A stretch of DNA of 64,000 bases from an uncultured Candidatus Poseidoniales archaeon (GTDB taxonomy: Archaea > Thermoplasmatota > Poseidoniia > Poseidoniales > Poseidoniaceae), in NCBI GenBank assembly GCA_902625885.1, contig CACODE010000008.1:1747-65746 (forward strand). The letters are read 5' to 3'. This document shows, piece after piece, positions 1 to 9,188 of this stretch. Each line of letters opens with the position of its first letter. The stretch's first letter is position 1. The position numbers and the translations under genes are program-made. The notes under the pieces were generated by a model, which worked only from the letters and a program-made list of their open reading frames with translations, ran no database searches and had not been told where the DNA came from.

Positions 1-548
1 TCGATTCCCGTGCCGTTTCGGAAACGGGACCGGTGTCTCGCAATGCGCTGGTTTACTCCACCCGGGCTGCCGCTTCTCTTGCCAAGTATTTCCTCGGTCG
101 GCGTGACTCCGTTGGCATCATCGTGTACGGTGATGAAGTGGTCAGCGTTGATCGCGACACCGGCAAGAAACAGTTGTACGTCATTTTGACCAAACTCGCC
201 GGTGCTGTCGCTCGTGGGAACATCCCCTTACAGGTCGTCGTGAATCGTATTCTTCCGCACATCAACAAAGGAAGCCCCATCATTTTCCTTTCCAATCTTG
301 AGGACGATCCGACGATCATCAATGCCTTGCGTGATTTCCGCGCTCGGAACTTCGATGTAACCGTGTTGACACCGTCCTCTCTTGAGTTTGAATTCGACGC
401 AAAACGAATCGACAGGACAGGCTATGAAGTGATGAAAACGGAAAGGGACGTTCTCATCGGTGAACTTCGTGGCCTTGGTGTGAACATCATGGATTGGGAA
501 CCCGACATGCTGCTTTCCACCGCCTTGGCAGGGGCAAGAGGATTTTGA
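1..548 (+). CDS. DUF58-family (vWA-like) protein, 5' partial
   Basis: Frame is open back to the window edge. The segment 'AASLAKYFLGRRDSVGIIVYG...TGKKQLYVIL...IIFLSNLED' resembles the C-terminal half of DUF58 proteins. Confidence 0.7.
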   Translation, partial: DSRAVSETGPVSRNALVYSTRAAASLAKYFLGRRDSVGIIVYGDEVVSVDRDTGKKQLYVILTKLAGAVARGNIPLQVVVNRILPHINKGSPIIFLSNLEDDPTIINALRDFRARNFDVTVLTPSSLEFEFDAKRIDRTGYEVMKTERDVLIGELRGLGVNIMDWEPDMLLSTALAGARGF

Positions 549-557
549 GGTGAAACC

Positions 558-1481
558 ATGGCCATCAATCGACCTACAGGCGACACATCCCACCTCTATG
601 ACGGAAAAACGGTCCGTTCCGCCGCCCCATCAAGGAAAAAGTTGGCCGGTCAGGTCGGAACAGGCACAAACATTCCCGAAGACGCCATTCCGTCGGTAGA
701 AATCCCCAGTTTCATCGAAAGTTTGCTCGGCGGTCCTCTCGTTCCAAAGATGAAGTTCTTGCCCCCCGATAAAATGGTTCAGAACCTTCAGATCGCCGTA
801 TACGGGGTTCTTGTTGCGCTTGCGTTCTTGACGTACATCATCTCGCCGCCACAAGGCACTGTCTGGTACATCCTCACCGGCAGTTTGGGGCTTGCGAACA
901 TCCTTCAACTGGTCATCATCGCTAGCGCCACCGTTCTGGGCTTCATGGGGACGTTCAAGCGGGACGCTCGCCTTTCGTTGGGGAGCAACCTGCTGTTTAT
1001 TTTGGCCATTCTCCGATTCGCCTCATCGAAAACCTCGCTGGCCAACGATTTGTTCAACCTCCAAGACAATCCTGCGATGCTATCCGTTCTTGTCGTGGTC
1101 TATGCCGTCCTTCTCATCATGTATTTCGAACTGAGCAACGGCGTCATTCGGTACTCCATGCTCGACACCAGCATACGGACCAACGAGGTGTACGTGATGA
1201 ACCCTAAGAAGATCGTCTCGAAATACCATCGTTCACTCGTCATCAACCCCATCTTGGCCACCCTTTTGGCCTGGTTTGTGCTCTCGGCCAACACGATCTT
1301 GCCGGCCATCGTCGGCATTTTTTCTGGCGATACGGCCACACGCATGAGGGAATCCGTAGAGCTAACTTCGGTTTACGGTGTTGCCTTGGGCACGTTGTTC
1401 GTCTTCATCACCGTCGGTATCCTCTTCGGGCTGAACTTGCCGACCCACCTGCAACGCTACAGAGAGCGTCAAGCCGAATAA
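558..1481 (+). CDS. Multi-pass membrane protein, unknown function
   Basis: 307-aa ORF with GAGGTGA RBS and about 6 hydrophobic segments; probably co-transcribed with the DUF58 gene. Confidence 0.75.
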   Translation: MAINRPTGDTSHLYDGKTVRSAAPSRKKLAGQVGTGTNIPEDAIPSVEIPSFIESLLGGPLVPKMKFLPPDKMVQNLQIAVYGVLVALAFLTYIISPPQGTVWYILTGSLGLANILQLVIIASATVLGFMGTFKRDARLSLGSNLLFILAILRFASSKTSLANDLFNLQDNPAMLSVLVVVYAVLLIMYFELSNGVIRYSMLDTSIRTNEVYVMNPKKIVSKYHRSLVINPILATLLAWFVLSANTILPAIVGIFSGDTATRMRESVELTSVYGVALGTLFVFITVGILFGLNLPTHLQRYRERQAE

Positions 1482-2791
1482 TCGCTGCTTGAGGAGATAA
1501 ACGACATCATCTCGTCGAGCATACGTGAGATGTCCATTCGCTTTGTGAGCAGATGAATGGATGACGACGATTCGTAGAGTTCTACCGGTTTGATGTCCTC
1601 TTGTCCGTTGAGCTGCTCTCGGAGATAGGCGATGTTTCTGCATCCAATGAACGAGAGCATGGCGGCGAAGTACTCGTAATTCACAACGCTTCGCCCCCGT
1701 TCAATGATTTGCACACAACGCGCCACCTCGTGCTGCGGAACGACGAACCGCCATTGCGAGTTGGTTGTTTCAAACGAGCAAATGCGGATGTTGTCCTCGT
1801 TCAATTCCTGAAGCAAATCGCTCAATTCGAGAGCTGCATCCCTTGAATAACGGGCCTCTACATTGATGCAGGCCACGCGTTGAATGCACGCGATGCCCTT
1901 GATGTTCGGTTTGGTTTCAATGTCCGGGCCAATCACCGTTTTCATGCCGTTTTGTCGGTAGTTGGAAAGGTGGCGAATCTCAATAGGGATACCCATTTCG
2001 TACACCGGTTCAACAGTAGCGGGATGCAGGATTGTGGCGTCTGCGTTGGCGAATTCAATGGCTTCAGAATAGCCGAGATAGGGTATAGGCGCTGACTGTA
2101 TCCCCCAGCGAGGGTTGACCGGGTAAATACCCAACACGTCCTTCCAAAGGATCACCCTTTGTGCGTGAAGCAGGGCTGCCAGAGCGGTGGCCGTGTGGTC
2201 GCTACCACCGCGTCCCAGCAGCGCAATGTTACCGTCTTTGCCGACACCAAACCATCCGGTGACGACCGGTATGCCGTGGAAGACGGTTCGGTCGAGGTTC
2301 TGTTCCGAGGCCTTGATGTCCACACGAGAAGCGGTAATCTCGCCGTCCATTTGCAACCCGACGTCCTCGGCACCGACCGGATGCGCATCCAACCCTCGTA
2401 TCGAGAGACCGTGAGCGATGACCAAGGCTGAAAGCCGTTCTCCAGAAGCCAGCAGTTGGTTGTAGGCCTCTTTGTCATCTCGATCGGTTGCCAGCGCTGT
2501 TAACGATTCCTCAATGCCTTCGAGGACGCGTTGGAACACGTCATACAGCGGCGATTCGATAAGGGTGGGCGAGAATCTAAGGTGGTGGCTGGCAAGATCG
2601 TTCACCAGACGGCCTGCGTATCGAGGCTCTTGTGCGGCCCGCATGAGGCGATCTGTTGTGCCCCAGAGAGCAGAAACCACCACGATAACCGGTTGTTGCG
2701 CTTGGTTGAGGATGCCTGCGATTTTCTCCAGGTCCGAGGCGTCTCGAAGGCAGGAACCTCCAAACTTGTGAACTTCTAGAAGTTCATTCAC
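1469..2791 (-). CDS. lysC: Aspartate kinase
   Basis: Motifs KFGGS, VVSALWGTTDRL, SGERLSA, LGRGGSDHTA and WKDV; ACT-like C-terminus. Confidence 0.88.
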   Translation of the reverse strand: MNELLEVHKFGGSCLRDASDLEKIAGILNQAQQPVIVVVSALWGTTDRLMRAAQEPRYAGRLVNDLASHHLRFSPTLIESPLYDVFQRVLEGIEESLTALATDRDDKEAYNQLLASGERLSALVIAHGLSIRGLDAHPVGAEDVGLQMDGEITASRVDIKASEQNLDRTVFHGIPVVTGWFGVGKDGNIALLGRGGSDHTATALAALLHAQRVILWKDVLGIYPVNPRWGIQSAPIPYLGYSEAIEFANADATILHPATVEPVYEMGIPIEIRHLSNYRQNGMKTVIGPDIETKPNIKGIACIQRVACINVEARYSRDAALELSDLLQELNEDNIRICSFETTNSQWRFVVPQHEVARCVQIIERGRSVVNYEYFAAMLSFIGCRNIAYLREQLNGQEDIKPVELYESSSSIHLLTKRMDISRMLDEMMSFISSSSDYSA

Positions 2792-3866
2792 CGTGAAAAC
2801 CTCCTCGCAACATCAAGTCAGAGACAACAAGCAGTGCCATCGCCTCGACCACCGCAACCGCCCGAGGTCCGAGTACAGGGTCGTGACGGCCTTTGACCAC
2901 CAGAGGTTCCTGTTGGTTGTTCTTGATGTTCAGTGTGGTTTGGGATTGGGGGATGCTCGAGGGTGGTTTAAACGCCGTACGAACGTGAATTGGAGAGCCT
3001 GTTGAGAGACCTGCGAGTGCACCATCAGGACGTTCACCCACCAAAACTGGATCTTCCGATGTACCGCCCCAAGGGCTGTTGTGTTCACTCCCTTGCATGG
3101 TTTGAACACCAAAACCATGGCCGAACTCCACGCCGCGAGCGGCTGGAATGGCCATCATGGCCCGCGCAAGCGCCGGTTCCAACCCGTCAAACCATGGTTC
3201 GCCGAGACCGAGCGGCAGGCCTTCAATTTGCAAATCCACGCGAGAGCCTATGGAGTCAAGGGAGCGTCGGGTTTCGTTCACCAACCTCGCCATCTTTTCT
3301 GAGGCCTCGGGGTCCCTGCATCGCAGTTCCCTGCAGGTCTCATCCGCCCAGCGTTCAGGACACCGATTCATCGGTTGAGCTTCGACGTGACCGACAGCAC
3401 CTAGATGCGCTTCAACAACGATGCCGCGAGATTTCAGCCACGGCCGCAAGACGGCGGAAATCGCCACCAGCGGCGCCGTCATTCGTGCGCTGGATGTTCC
3501 TCCACCCCTCAAGTCGGCTTCGCCCTTTGTGCGTATCATCATCACCATGTCTTGGTGACCTGGACGTGGGTGGTCCGGCAGGAAGCTGTAATCCTTCGTG
3601 CGGGCATCGCTGTTGGCAATGAAAACCTCAATCGGTTCTCCTGTTGTCTTGCCGTCTTCAACACCCGTTTTCCATTCGACGATGTCCGGCTCTTTTCGCT
3701 TACTGCTGAACGCGCCGCCCGTTTTCCGAAGCGCCATGGCTGCATTGATTTCCGCATCGTCAACAGTCAGTCCCTGCGGCATTCCTTCCACAAGGGCGCC
3801 TACGAAGGGTCCGTGGCTTGACCCACGTAGCGTGACTCGCAAGGACTCACCAAGACGCATGTTCAT
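2784..3866 (-). CDS. aroC: Chorismate synthase
   Basis: Motifs GSSHG, PRPGHQD, RGGGTSSAR, FKPPSSI and GRHDP. Confidence 0.95.
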   Translation of the reverse strand: MNMRLGESLRVTLRGSSHGPFVGALVEGMPQGLTVDDAEINAAMALRKTGGAFSSKRKEPDIVEWKTGVEDGKTTGEPIEVFIANSDARTKDYSFLPDHPRPGHQDMVMMIRTKGEADLRGGGTSSARMTAPLVAISAVLRPWLKSRGIVVEAHLGAVGHVEAQPMNRCPERWADETCRELRCRDPEASEKMARLVNETRRSLDSIGSRVDLQIEGLPLGLGEPWFDGLEPALARAMMAIPAARGVEFGHGFGVQTMQGSEHNSPWGGTSEDPVLVGERPDGALAGLSTGSPIHVRTAFKPPSSIPQSQTTLNIKNNQQEPLVVKGRHDPVLGPRAVAVVEAMALLVVSDLMLRGGFHGE

Positions 3867-3908
3867 GTTCCAACGATGTGAGGACCCGATGGTCCCTTTA
3901 GAAGGTGT

Positions 3909-4802
3909 TCACTCCCCAGAATCGCCCTCAACAACGGAGAGAAACGATGTCTGGACGATGGTTGCGTTCGGGTGTCTGCTGCCGTAAAACGACTTAATTC
4001 GTTCAACGGTGGGTACTTGCTGCTTGGGCACGACGATGACCAAGGCAGGTCCTGACCCAGACACGCCGGCGGCTCGTGCGCTGTTCATGAACGAATCGTT
4101 TGCCATTTTCCGTCCCTCTATGTCCCGCAAAGCCGCAACCGTGCCTCTCCCGTTCCATGTCATGGCCACCAGTGGGTTCTTTTCTTGTAACGCTGAAAGG
4201 GCCTGTTGAAAGGCTGTTGCTTGAGACGCAAAGTCCTCCAGGCTGGGTTGCACTTCCCTAGGGCCTCGCAACACCAAAAGAACCGTCCAGTCCTCCGTGT
4301 CAAGCCCCGGTTCGTCCAACAACACCCCTTCCTCTATGGGCGCTTGCACGTCAACGAGTTTCCATCCCGGGCTCATGCAGGCCCAGGCGTCGTCGATGGA
4401 GCCCGTGATGGAGACGCCAGCAGCGAGTTGGACCTCAGCGGTCATCCTCACCATTTCATGTGGCTCAAGCGAAGTGTCGGTGGCATCGCACAGCGCTCGC
4501 AAGGCGGCGATGCACAAGGCAGAGGACGATTTGAGGCCTTGCTTTTTGGGAATTTCCGATTTAACCCCCCAATGAAGGTCCTCAATCTGGTATCCCTCCG
4601 GCAAGGGATATTTCGCCTCGACCCAAGCCTCGAGAAGACGCTGGAGCAAACCATCATCGTCTTTGACGTCCCTTTTGCTTGGCCGATCGAGAAGACGAAC
4701 CGTTATGGGCAAGTCCAGCGCAATGTTGGCGCCGTACCCCAGTGCAGCGGCGTGGAGAAGGCTGCAAGCACCGTGAGCGCTGCCCTTTCCTATCACTGCC
4801 AT
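3909..4802 (-). CDS. aroK: Archaeal shikimate kinase (GHMP family)
   Basis: Motifs SEIPKKQGLKSSSA, GVSITGSIDDAWAC and GVSGSGPA. Start moved to the ATG at 4802, just after the aroB' stop. Confidence 0.9.
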   Translation of the reverse strand: MAVIGKGSAHGACSLLHAAALGYGANIALDLPITVRLLDRPSKRDVKDDDGLLQRLLEAWVEAKYPLPEGYQIEDLHWGVKSEIPKKQGLKSSSALCIAALRALCDATDTSLEPHEMVRMTAEVQLAAGVSITGSIDDAWACMSPGWKLVDVQAPIEEGVLLDEPGLDTEDWTVLLVLRGPREVQPSLEDFASQATAFQQALSALQEKNPLVAMTWNGRGTVAALRDIEGRKMANDSFMNSARAAGVSGSGPALVIVVPKQQVPTVERIKSFYGSRHPNATIVQTSFLSVVEGDSGE

Positions 4803-4806
4803 GCGT

Positions 4807-5838
4807 TCAACGCTCCTCGATACCCCCGTCAACAGGCAGACCGACGTGCCGGGCATCGTGTCCCTCCCAACCCAACACAAGGTCTCCCTGCTTGAGTTCG
4901 GTGATCGAGATGGCGGCTGACTCGCTGGTGATGAGGCGTACTGTTTCCGCTTGTTGCATAAAAACATGAGATAGATTAGCGTTTTGATGCGTTTTTCTTC
5001 GGTTTATACCCGTAATCTTCAACATTGGGCGTTGTTCAATCTTCACCCTACCCAGAACGACGCCCCTTGCGTCGCCGTTGGTCTTGACGGCGAGCAACAC
5101 ATCTCCAGATTCAAGTTCCGCCATGTATTTGGTGGTTCCATCTTCCATCAACACGTAGGTGTGCGGTGCGCCAGCGTTGACTCGAAACGGACGGGTCGGC
5201 ACGAATGTGGAGGGGATGGTTTCGCTGTGGACAAGGTAAAGCGAGGAAGCGCTTGACCCGACCAACACGCCCTCGCCAGGCTCGAACAGGGTCAAAAAGT
5301 CAAGGCAATATCGGTCGCCAACGCCTGCTTCCTGTATCTTTTCGACTTCAAGAACACTCAAATCAAGCCGGGTCGTTCGTTGATCGCTTGGTGAGGGGAC
5401 CTCAACCTTCCTTTCCATGCGTTGAATTTTGACGCTTTGCGCTGCATCTAGCATGGATTCATCAGCGGAAATGACCAGAGCATCAACGCCTTCTTCGAGC
5501 GCAAATCCGGCGCCCTGTGCTTCAATTGGTCGAGAAATAACGGCAGCAATCTTGGTATGACTTCCGCGCCGATGGGCGATCAAATTTTCCAGTGGAATCA
5601 TTGACCACGTTTCGCACTCGACGAGGATCCACTCCACGGTGCCGAGGTGTTCAATACCCAAATTTTGGGTCTCTCCGTCCTTTACCCGAATGTAGGCTCC
5701 AATGACGTTTCCGTCATAGAGCAGCCTTTGGCCGTCGATGTTCAAGCGTGGCTGTTCTTGTTCATCACCGAAAATCCGGTCGTAATCTTCCACGTTGGTT
5801 GGCGCATCAGCCGTCGAGGTCCGCAGCCAAATTTCCAT
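4807..5838 (-). CDS. aroB': 3-dehydroquinate synthase II (archaeal AroB')
   Basis: Motifs WSMIPLENLIA, GDRYCLD, LVHSET, RPFRVNAGAPH, GRVKIEQRP, QQAETVRL and ARHVG...IEER. Confidence 0.93.
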   Translation of the reverse strand: MEIWLRTSTADAPTNVEDYDRIFGDEQEQPRLNIDGQRLLYDGNVIGAYIRVKDGETQNLGIEHLGTVEWILVECETWSMIPLENLIAHRRGSHTKIAAVISRPIEAQGAGFALEEGVDALVISADESMLDAAQSVKIQRMERKVEVPSPSDQRTTRLDLSVLEVEKIQEAGVGDRYCLDFLTLFEPGEGVLVGSSASSLYLVHSETIPSTFVPTRPFRVNAGAPHTYVLMEDGTTKYMAELESGDVLLAVKTNGDARGVVLGRVKIEQRPMLKITGINRRKTHQNANLSHVFMQQAETVRLITSESAAISITELKQGDLVLGWEGHDARHVGLPVDGGIEER

Positions 5839-5847
5839 TGTATCAAC

Positions 5848-6645
5848 TCACAAGCCCACGCTGGAGATCGCCTGTTCGGCCGACACGCCATCATGGACCA
5901 TCATGACCAGAGCCTTTGCCATGGCCACGGGGTCCGGGTGCGCAAACACCTGCCGACCCATGCAAACACCGCTAGCACCGGCGCCTAGGGCCTCTTCAAC
6001 CATCTTCAGAACGCTCGATGCGTCTCCACCGGCTGGGCCTCCTGCGAGAAGCAGAGGAATTGGGGCGCTTTTTGCAACGATTGAGAAACTTTCTGCATCA
6101 CCGGTCCAGACGCATTTCGCTGCGTCACAGCCCAGTTCAAAAGCCAGACGAACGGCGTGTGCTTGCGATTTGGTGGTGTCGTTTTCCTGATGATTCAGGT
6201 ACGGACCTCGCGCATAAACCATGCCAAAGGCCGGCAGCTTTGCGTGCAGCGCTTGCCGGTTCAACTCGCCCATGCGTTCAACCATAACCGCTTCGTGTTC
6301 GCTTCCCATGTTGACTTGGCTGGAAACGCCGATACCTCCTCTCAACAGCGTTTCATCGGCGTGGCCCACCATGGTTTTGTTGTTGACGTCGGGCCCTGCA
6401 TGGCGGGTCGACACCGAATAATGGACCACCATGCTGGTCTTCGTGCCTTCGCAGAGGTGAGCGTATTTGCTTACCACGCCTTTTTGCGCAACGATGGCGT
6501 TAACACCAGCGGCGACCAGTCCACTGATGAGCGATTCAAGGTCTTGCAAGCCGGCGGTGGGGTAATCGGACGCGCCGTGGTCAATGGGTATCCAAACACC
6601 GCGGTTTTTGGGAAGGAGCTTCTGAAGCCGCTCTGCTTTGCCCAT
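5848..6645 (-). CDS. aroA': 2-amino-3,7-dideoxy-D-threo-hept-6-ulosonate synthase (class I DhnA-type aldolase, AroA')
   Basis: Motifs PIDHG, MVYARGP, AVRLAFELGCDAAK, AGGP and GRQVF; adjacent to aroB'. Confidence 0.85.
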   Translation of the reverse strand: MGKAERLQKLLPKNRGVWIPIDHGASDYPTAGLQDLESLISGLVAAGVNAIVAQKGVVSKYAHLCEGTKTSMVVHYSVSTRHAGPDVNNKTMVGHADETLLRGGIGVSSQVNMGSEHEAVMVERMGELNRQALHAKLPAFGMVYARGPYLNHQENDTTKSQAHAVRLAFELGCDAAKCVWTGDAESFSIVAKSAPIPLLLAGGPAGGDASSVLKMVEEALGAGASGVCMGRQVFAHPDPVAMAKALVMMVHDGVSAEQAISSVGL

Positions 6646-6697
6646 GGACCGGCGAGGTGGCCGCCTTCATCAAAGGTTTGTTTGGCATGTTGACCCG

Positions 6698-7330
6698 CTA
6701 AAGTTGGTCCCCAGCCCACACCAGAACCGCTTGTTCAGCGGACTGGAGGTGCTCTTGAAAGGTGGATCTTGCGATGCCCAAAATATCGGCGAGCGCTTGC
6801 ATGGTGATGCCTTTGGGCTCCTTGTAGTAGCCGTGTTTCAAGGCGAGCGTGTAGCATTCATGTTGGCGTTGCGTCAGCGCTTCTTCAAGACCGTTTTCGT
6901 GCGCTCGAACATCGCTAACACGGATGTCAGCCGGTGGAAGAAACACCTTGGTGAGTTTGACAAAAGAGGCGATGGATTGCGGAATGCCCCGCACGGTGAG
7001 CATCAACGTACCGTCTTGGTACTCGCTGGGGGGCATCACGTGTATGTTCTCCGTCGTCGAGGCCAAACAAACCAGCGAATGGGTGTTCCAGATGATGAGG
7101 GCCTGCCCCTCTCGGTCGTTGAGGCGCTGTTCGACTTTGATGTACGGGATGCTGTCGAGGTCATCCACCGATTTTCCTTCTCTGTAGGTTGGCAAAACGA
7201 TTTGCCGCACCCCTTCAGGCGTGATGAGGAGGTTGGCGAGGAAGGTGAGTTGGTGGACCACATCGTCAAGTTCGGATAGGTCGGTTTTTGAGAGCGACTC
7301 TCTCGTCCACGCCACCGAGACTTCGCGCAT
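6698..7330 (-). CDS. HTH_10 (bacterio-opsin activator-type) transcription regulator
   Basis: C-terminal 'LTQRQHECYTLALKHGYYKEPKGITMQALADILGIARSTFQEHLQSAE' is a typical HTH_10 domain. Confidence 0.88.
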   Translation of the reverse strand: MREVSVAWTRESLSKTDLSELDDVVHQLTFLANLLITPEGVRQIVLPTYREGKSVDDLDSIPYIKVEQRLNDREGQALIIWNTHSLVCLASTTENIHVMPPSEYQDGTLMLTVRGIPQSIASFVKLTKVFLPPADIRVSDVRAHENGLEEALTQRQHECYTLALKHGYYKEPKGITMQALADILGIARSTFQEHLQSAEQAVLVWAGDQL

Positions 7331-7421
7331 GTAATCCCCTTGGGTACCAACTTGTTAGGCTCTTTGGCGTTGATGAAAGGGTCGTGGGAGGAGAAACGCA
7401 TGTTTCAAGTGGTGGTTCGTT

Positions 7422-9185
7422 ATGGGCAATGACATGCCTTTGGCGGATTACGTGCTTACGGTTGCCCTCGGTGGCGCGTTCGCCGTAGGTCTCCTTTTCA
7501 TCGTCATGCGGCGGGAAGCCCGGGTGAACCTGCAAAGCGGCATGACAGCCGAAGGCCTGCTCCAGCAACATTCCGGCATGGGCTTTGGAAAGGCGAAAAA
7601 GAACTTGGACAGGAAACTGGCGACAATCCAGGACCTTTTGAGGCAGCAAAATCAGGGCGATCGGCGCCTTGCTGAGGAGCGATTTAACCAACGCAGGCAA
7701 CAGCAGCAGGAGGTTGAGGCTGCGGCGCAGCAAGAACGGGATGCCGAGGCCGCGCGTCGCCAATCAGAACTTGAGGAAGCCCGTCGTCGCGAAGAAGAAG
7801 AAGCCGCCAGAAGAGCGGCGGAAAGGGACGCTGAAGAGGCTCGGCTGGCAGCGGAATTGGAAGACCAACGTCAAAACGAGTTGGCGGAAGCCGAAGACCA
7901 GCGTCTGGCAGAGATAGAGGCCGCTCGAGAGCAGGAAATGCTCGAGTCAAGAAATGCCGCACAACGAGCCATGTCCGAATTGCGTGCGCGCTTAGAGCGA
8001 GAGGGTGCGCAATCTTCAGACGTGCAGATTTCACTGATGTGGAACAACTACAACGACCTTGATTTGCACGTCGTTTGTCCGTCTGGAGAGCGCTTGCACG
8101 GCGGGAATAAAAAGTCCGCTTGCGGTGGTGAATTGGACGTTGACGCCAACGTGCGGGCCGAAACCCGCAAACCCGTTGAAAACGTGTTTTGGCAGGAGGG
8201 TCAAGCGCCGGCGGGCCGATACCAAGTCTACGTCCACTACTACAAGAAGCACAAGAAACGACGGAGCAAAGACCCGACGAAATTCCAGGTGATTATCAAC
8301 CAAGGCGGTGACCCGCGTGAATACAACGGCGAACTCTCGATGGGTGACCCCATCATGCTCGTCGCTGAGTTTAGCCTCCCTTCCCCCGAGGAAAGGGCCG
8401 CTGCTAGAGCGGCTCTCGAAGAGGAATTGCGAGCGGCCGGCATGGATGTCCCAGAGACGCAAGCGGCCATCGCCGAAGTGGAGGAAACCCGACAAGCGGA
8501 AATGGAAGCCGCAGAAGCGCAGCGGCTTGCGGAGATTGAAGCCGCTCGTGAGCAGGAAGTGCTCGAAGCCAAGGAAGCCGCACAACGGGCCATGTCTGAA
8601 TTGCAAGCGCGACTGGAACGTGAGGGTGCACAGTCTTCAGACGTTCAGATTTCGCTGATGTGGAACAACTACAACGACCTCGATTTGCATGTCGTTTGCC
8701 CGTCAGGAGAACGCATCCATGGCGGCAACAAGAAATCTGCCTGCGGTGGAGAATTGGACGTTGACGCCAACGTGCGAGCCGAAACTCGCAAACCCGTTGA
8801 GAACGTGTTTTGGGAGGAGGGTAAGGCGCCTGCTGGAAAATACCAAGTGTACGTTCATCACTACAAGAAGCACCAAAAGCGCAAGAGCAAGGACCCCACG
8901 AAGTTCCAGGTGATCGTGACCCCGGGCGGCGACCCGTTGGAATACAACGGTGAACTTTCAAGCGGCGACCCCATCATGCTCGTCGCTGAGTTTAGCTTAC
9001 CATCTCCCGAGGAGAGGGAAGCGCGCCGCCTTGAGATCGAGGCTGAAATTCGAGAAGCCGCCAGAGGCCTTGAGGACGTCTCGGTTGAGCAGAAAACAGA
9101 GCCAGTTGAACAAGACGAGGTCGATAATGACGACGTTGATCTCCCAAGTGCGCCGGATCTCGACATTCTCACGGCCGAGGAATGA
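7422..9185 (+). CDS. Membrane-anchored coiled-coil protein with two tandem YfaP/DUF2135-like domains
   Basis: N-terminal TM segment, E/A/R-rich coil, and two copies of 'DVQISLMWNNYNDLDLHVVCPSGE...GGELDVDAN...PVENVFW...APAGxYQVYVH'. Confidence 0.75.
   Translation: MGNDMPLADYVLTVALGGAFAVGLLFIVMRREARVNLQSGMTAEGLLQQHSGMGFGKAKKNLDRKLATIQDLLRQQNQGDRRLAEERFNQRRQQQQEVEAAAQQERDAEAARRQSELEEARRREEEEAARRAAERDAEEARLAAELEDQRQNELAEAEDQRLAEIEAAREQEMLESRNAAQRAMSELRARLEREGAQSSDVQISLMWNNYNDLDLHVVCPSGERLHGGNKKSACGGELDVDANVRAETRKPVENVFWQEGQAPAGRYQVYVHYYKKHKKRRSKDPTKFQVIINQGGDPREYNGELSMGDPIMLVAEFSLPSPEERAAARAALEEELRAAGMDVPETQAAIAEVEETRQAEMEAAEAQRLAEIEAAREQEVLEAKEAAQRAMSELQARLEREGAQSSDVQISLMWNNYNDLDLHVVCPSGERIHGGNKKSACGGELDVDANVRAETRKPVENVFWEEGKAPAGKYQVYVHHYKKHQKRKSKDPTKFQVIVTPGGDPLEYNGELSSGDPIMLVAEFSLPSPEEREARRLEIEAEIREAARGLEDVSVEQKTEPVEQDEVDNDDVDLPSAPDLDILTAEE
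7890..9021 (+). repeat. Intragenic direct duplication, two ~510-bp copies 621 bp apart
   Basis: CAGATTTC(A/G)CTGATGTGGAACAACTACAACGAC occurs at 8025 and 8646. Units are approximately 7890-8400 and 8511-9021. Confidence 0.9.
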
Positions 9186-9188
9186 ACC

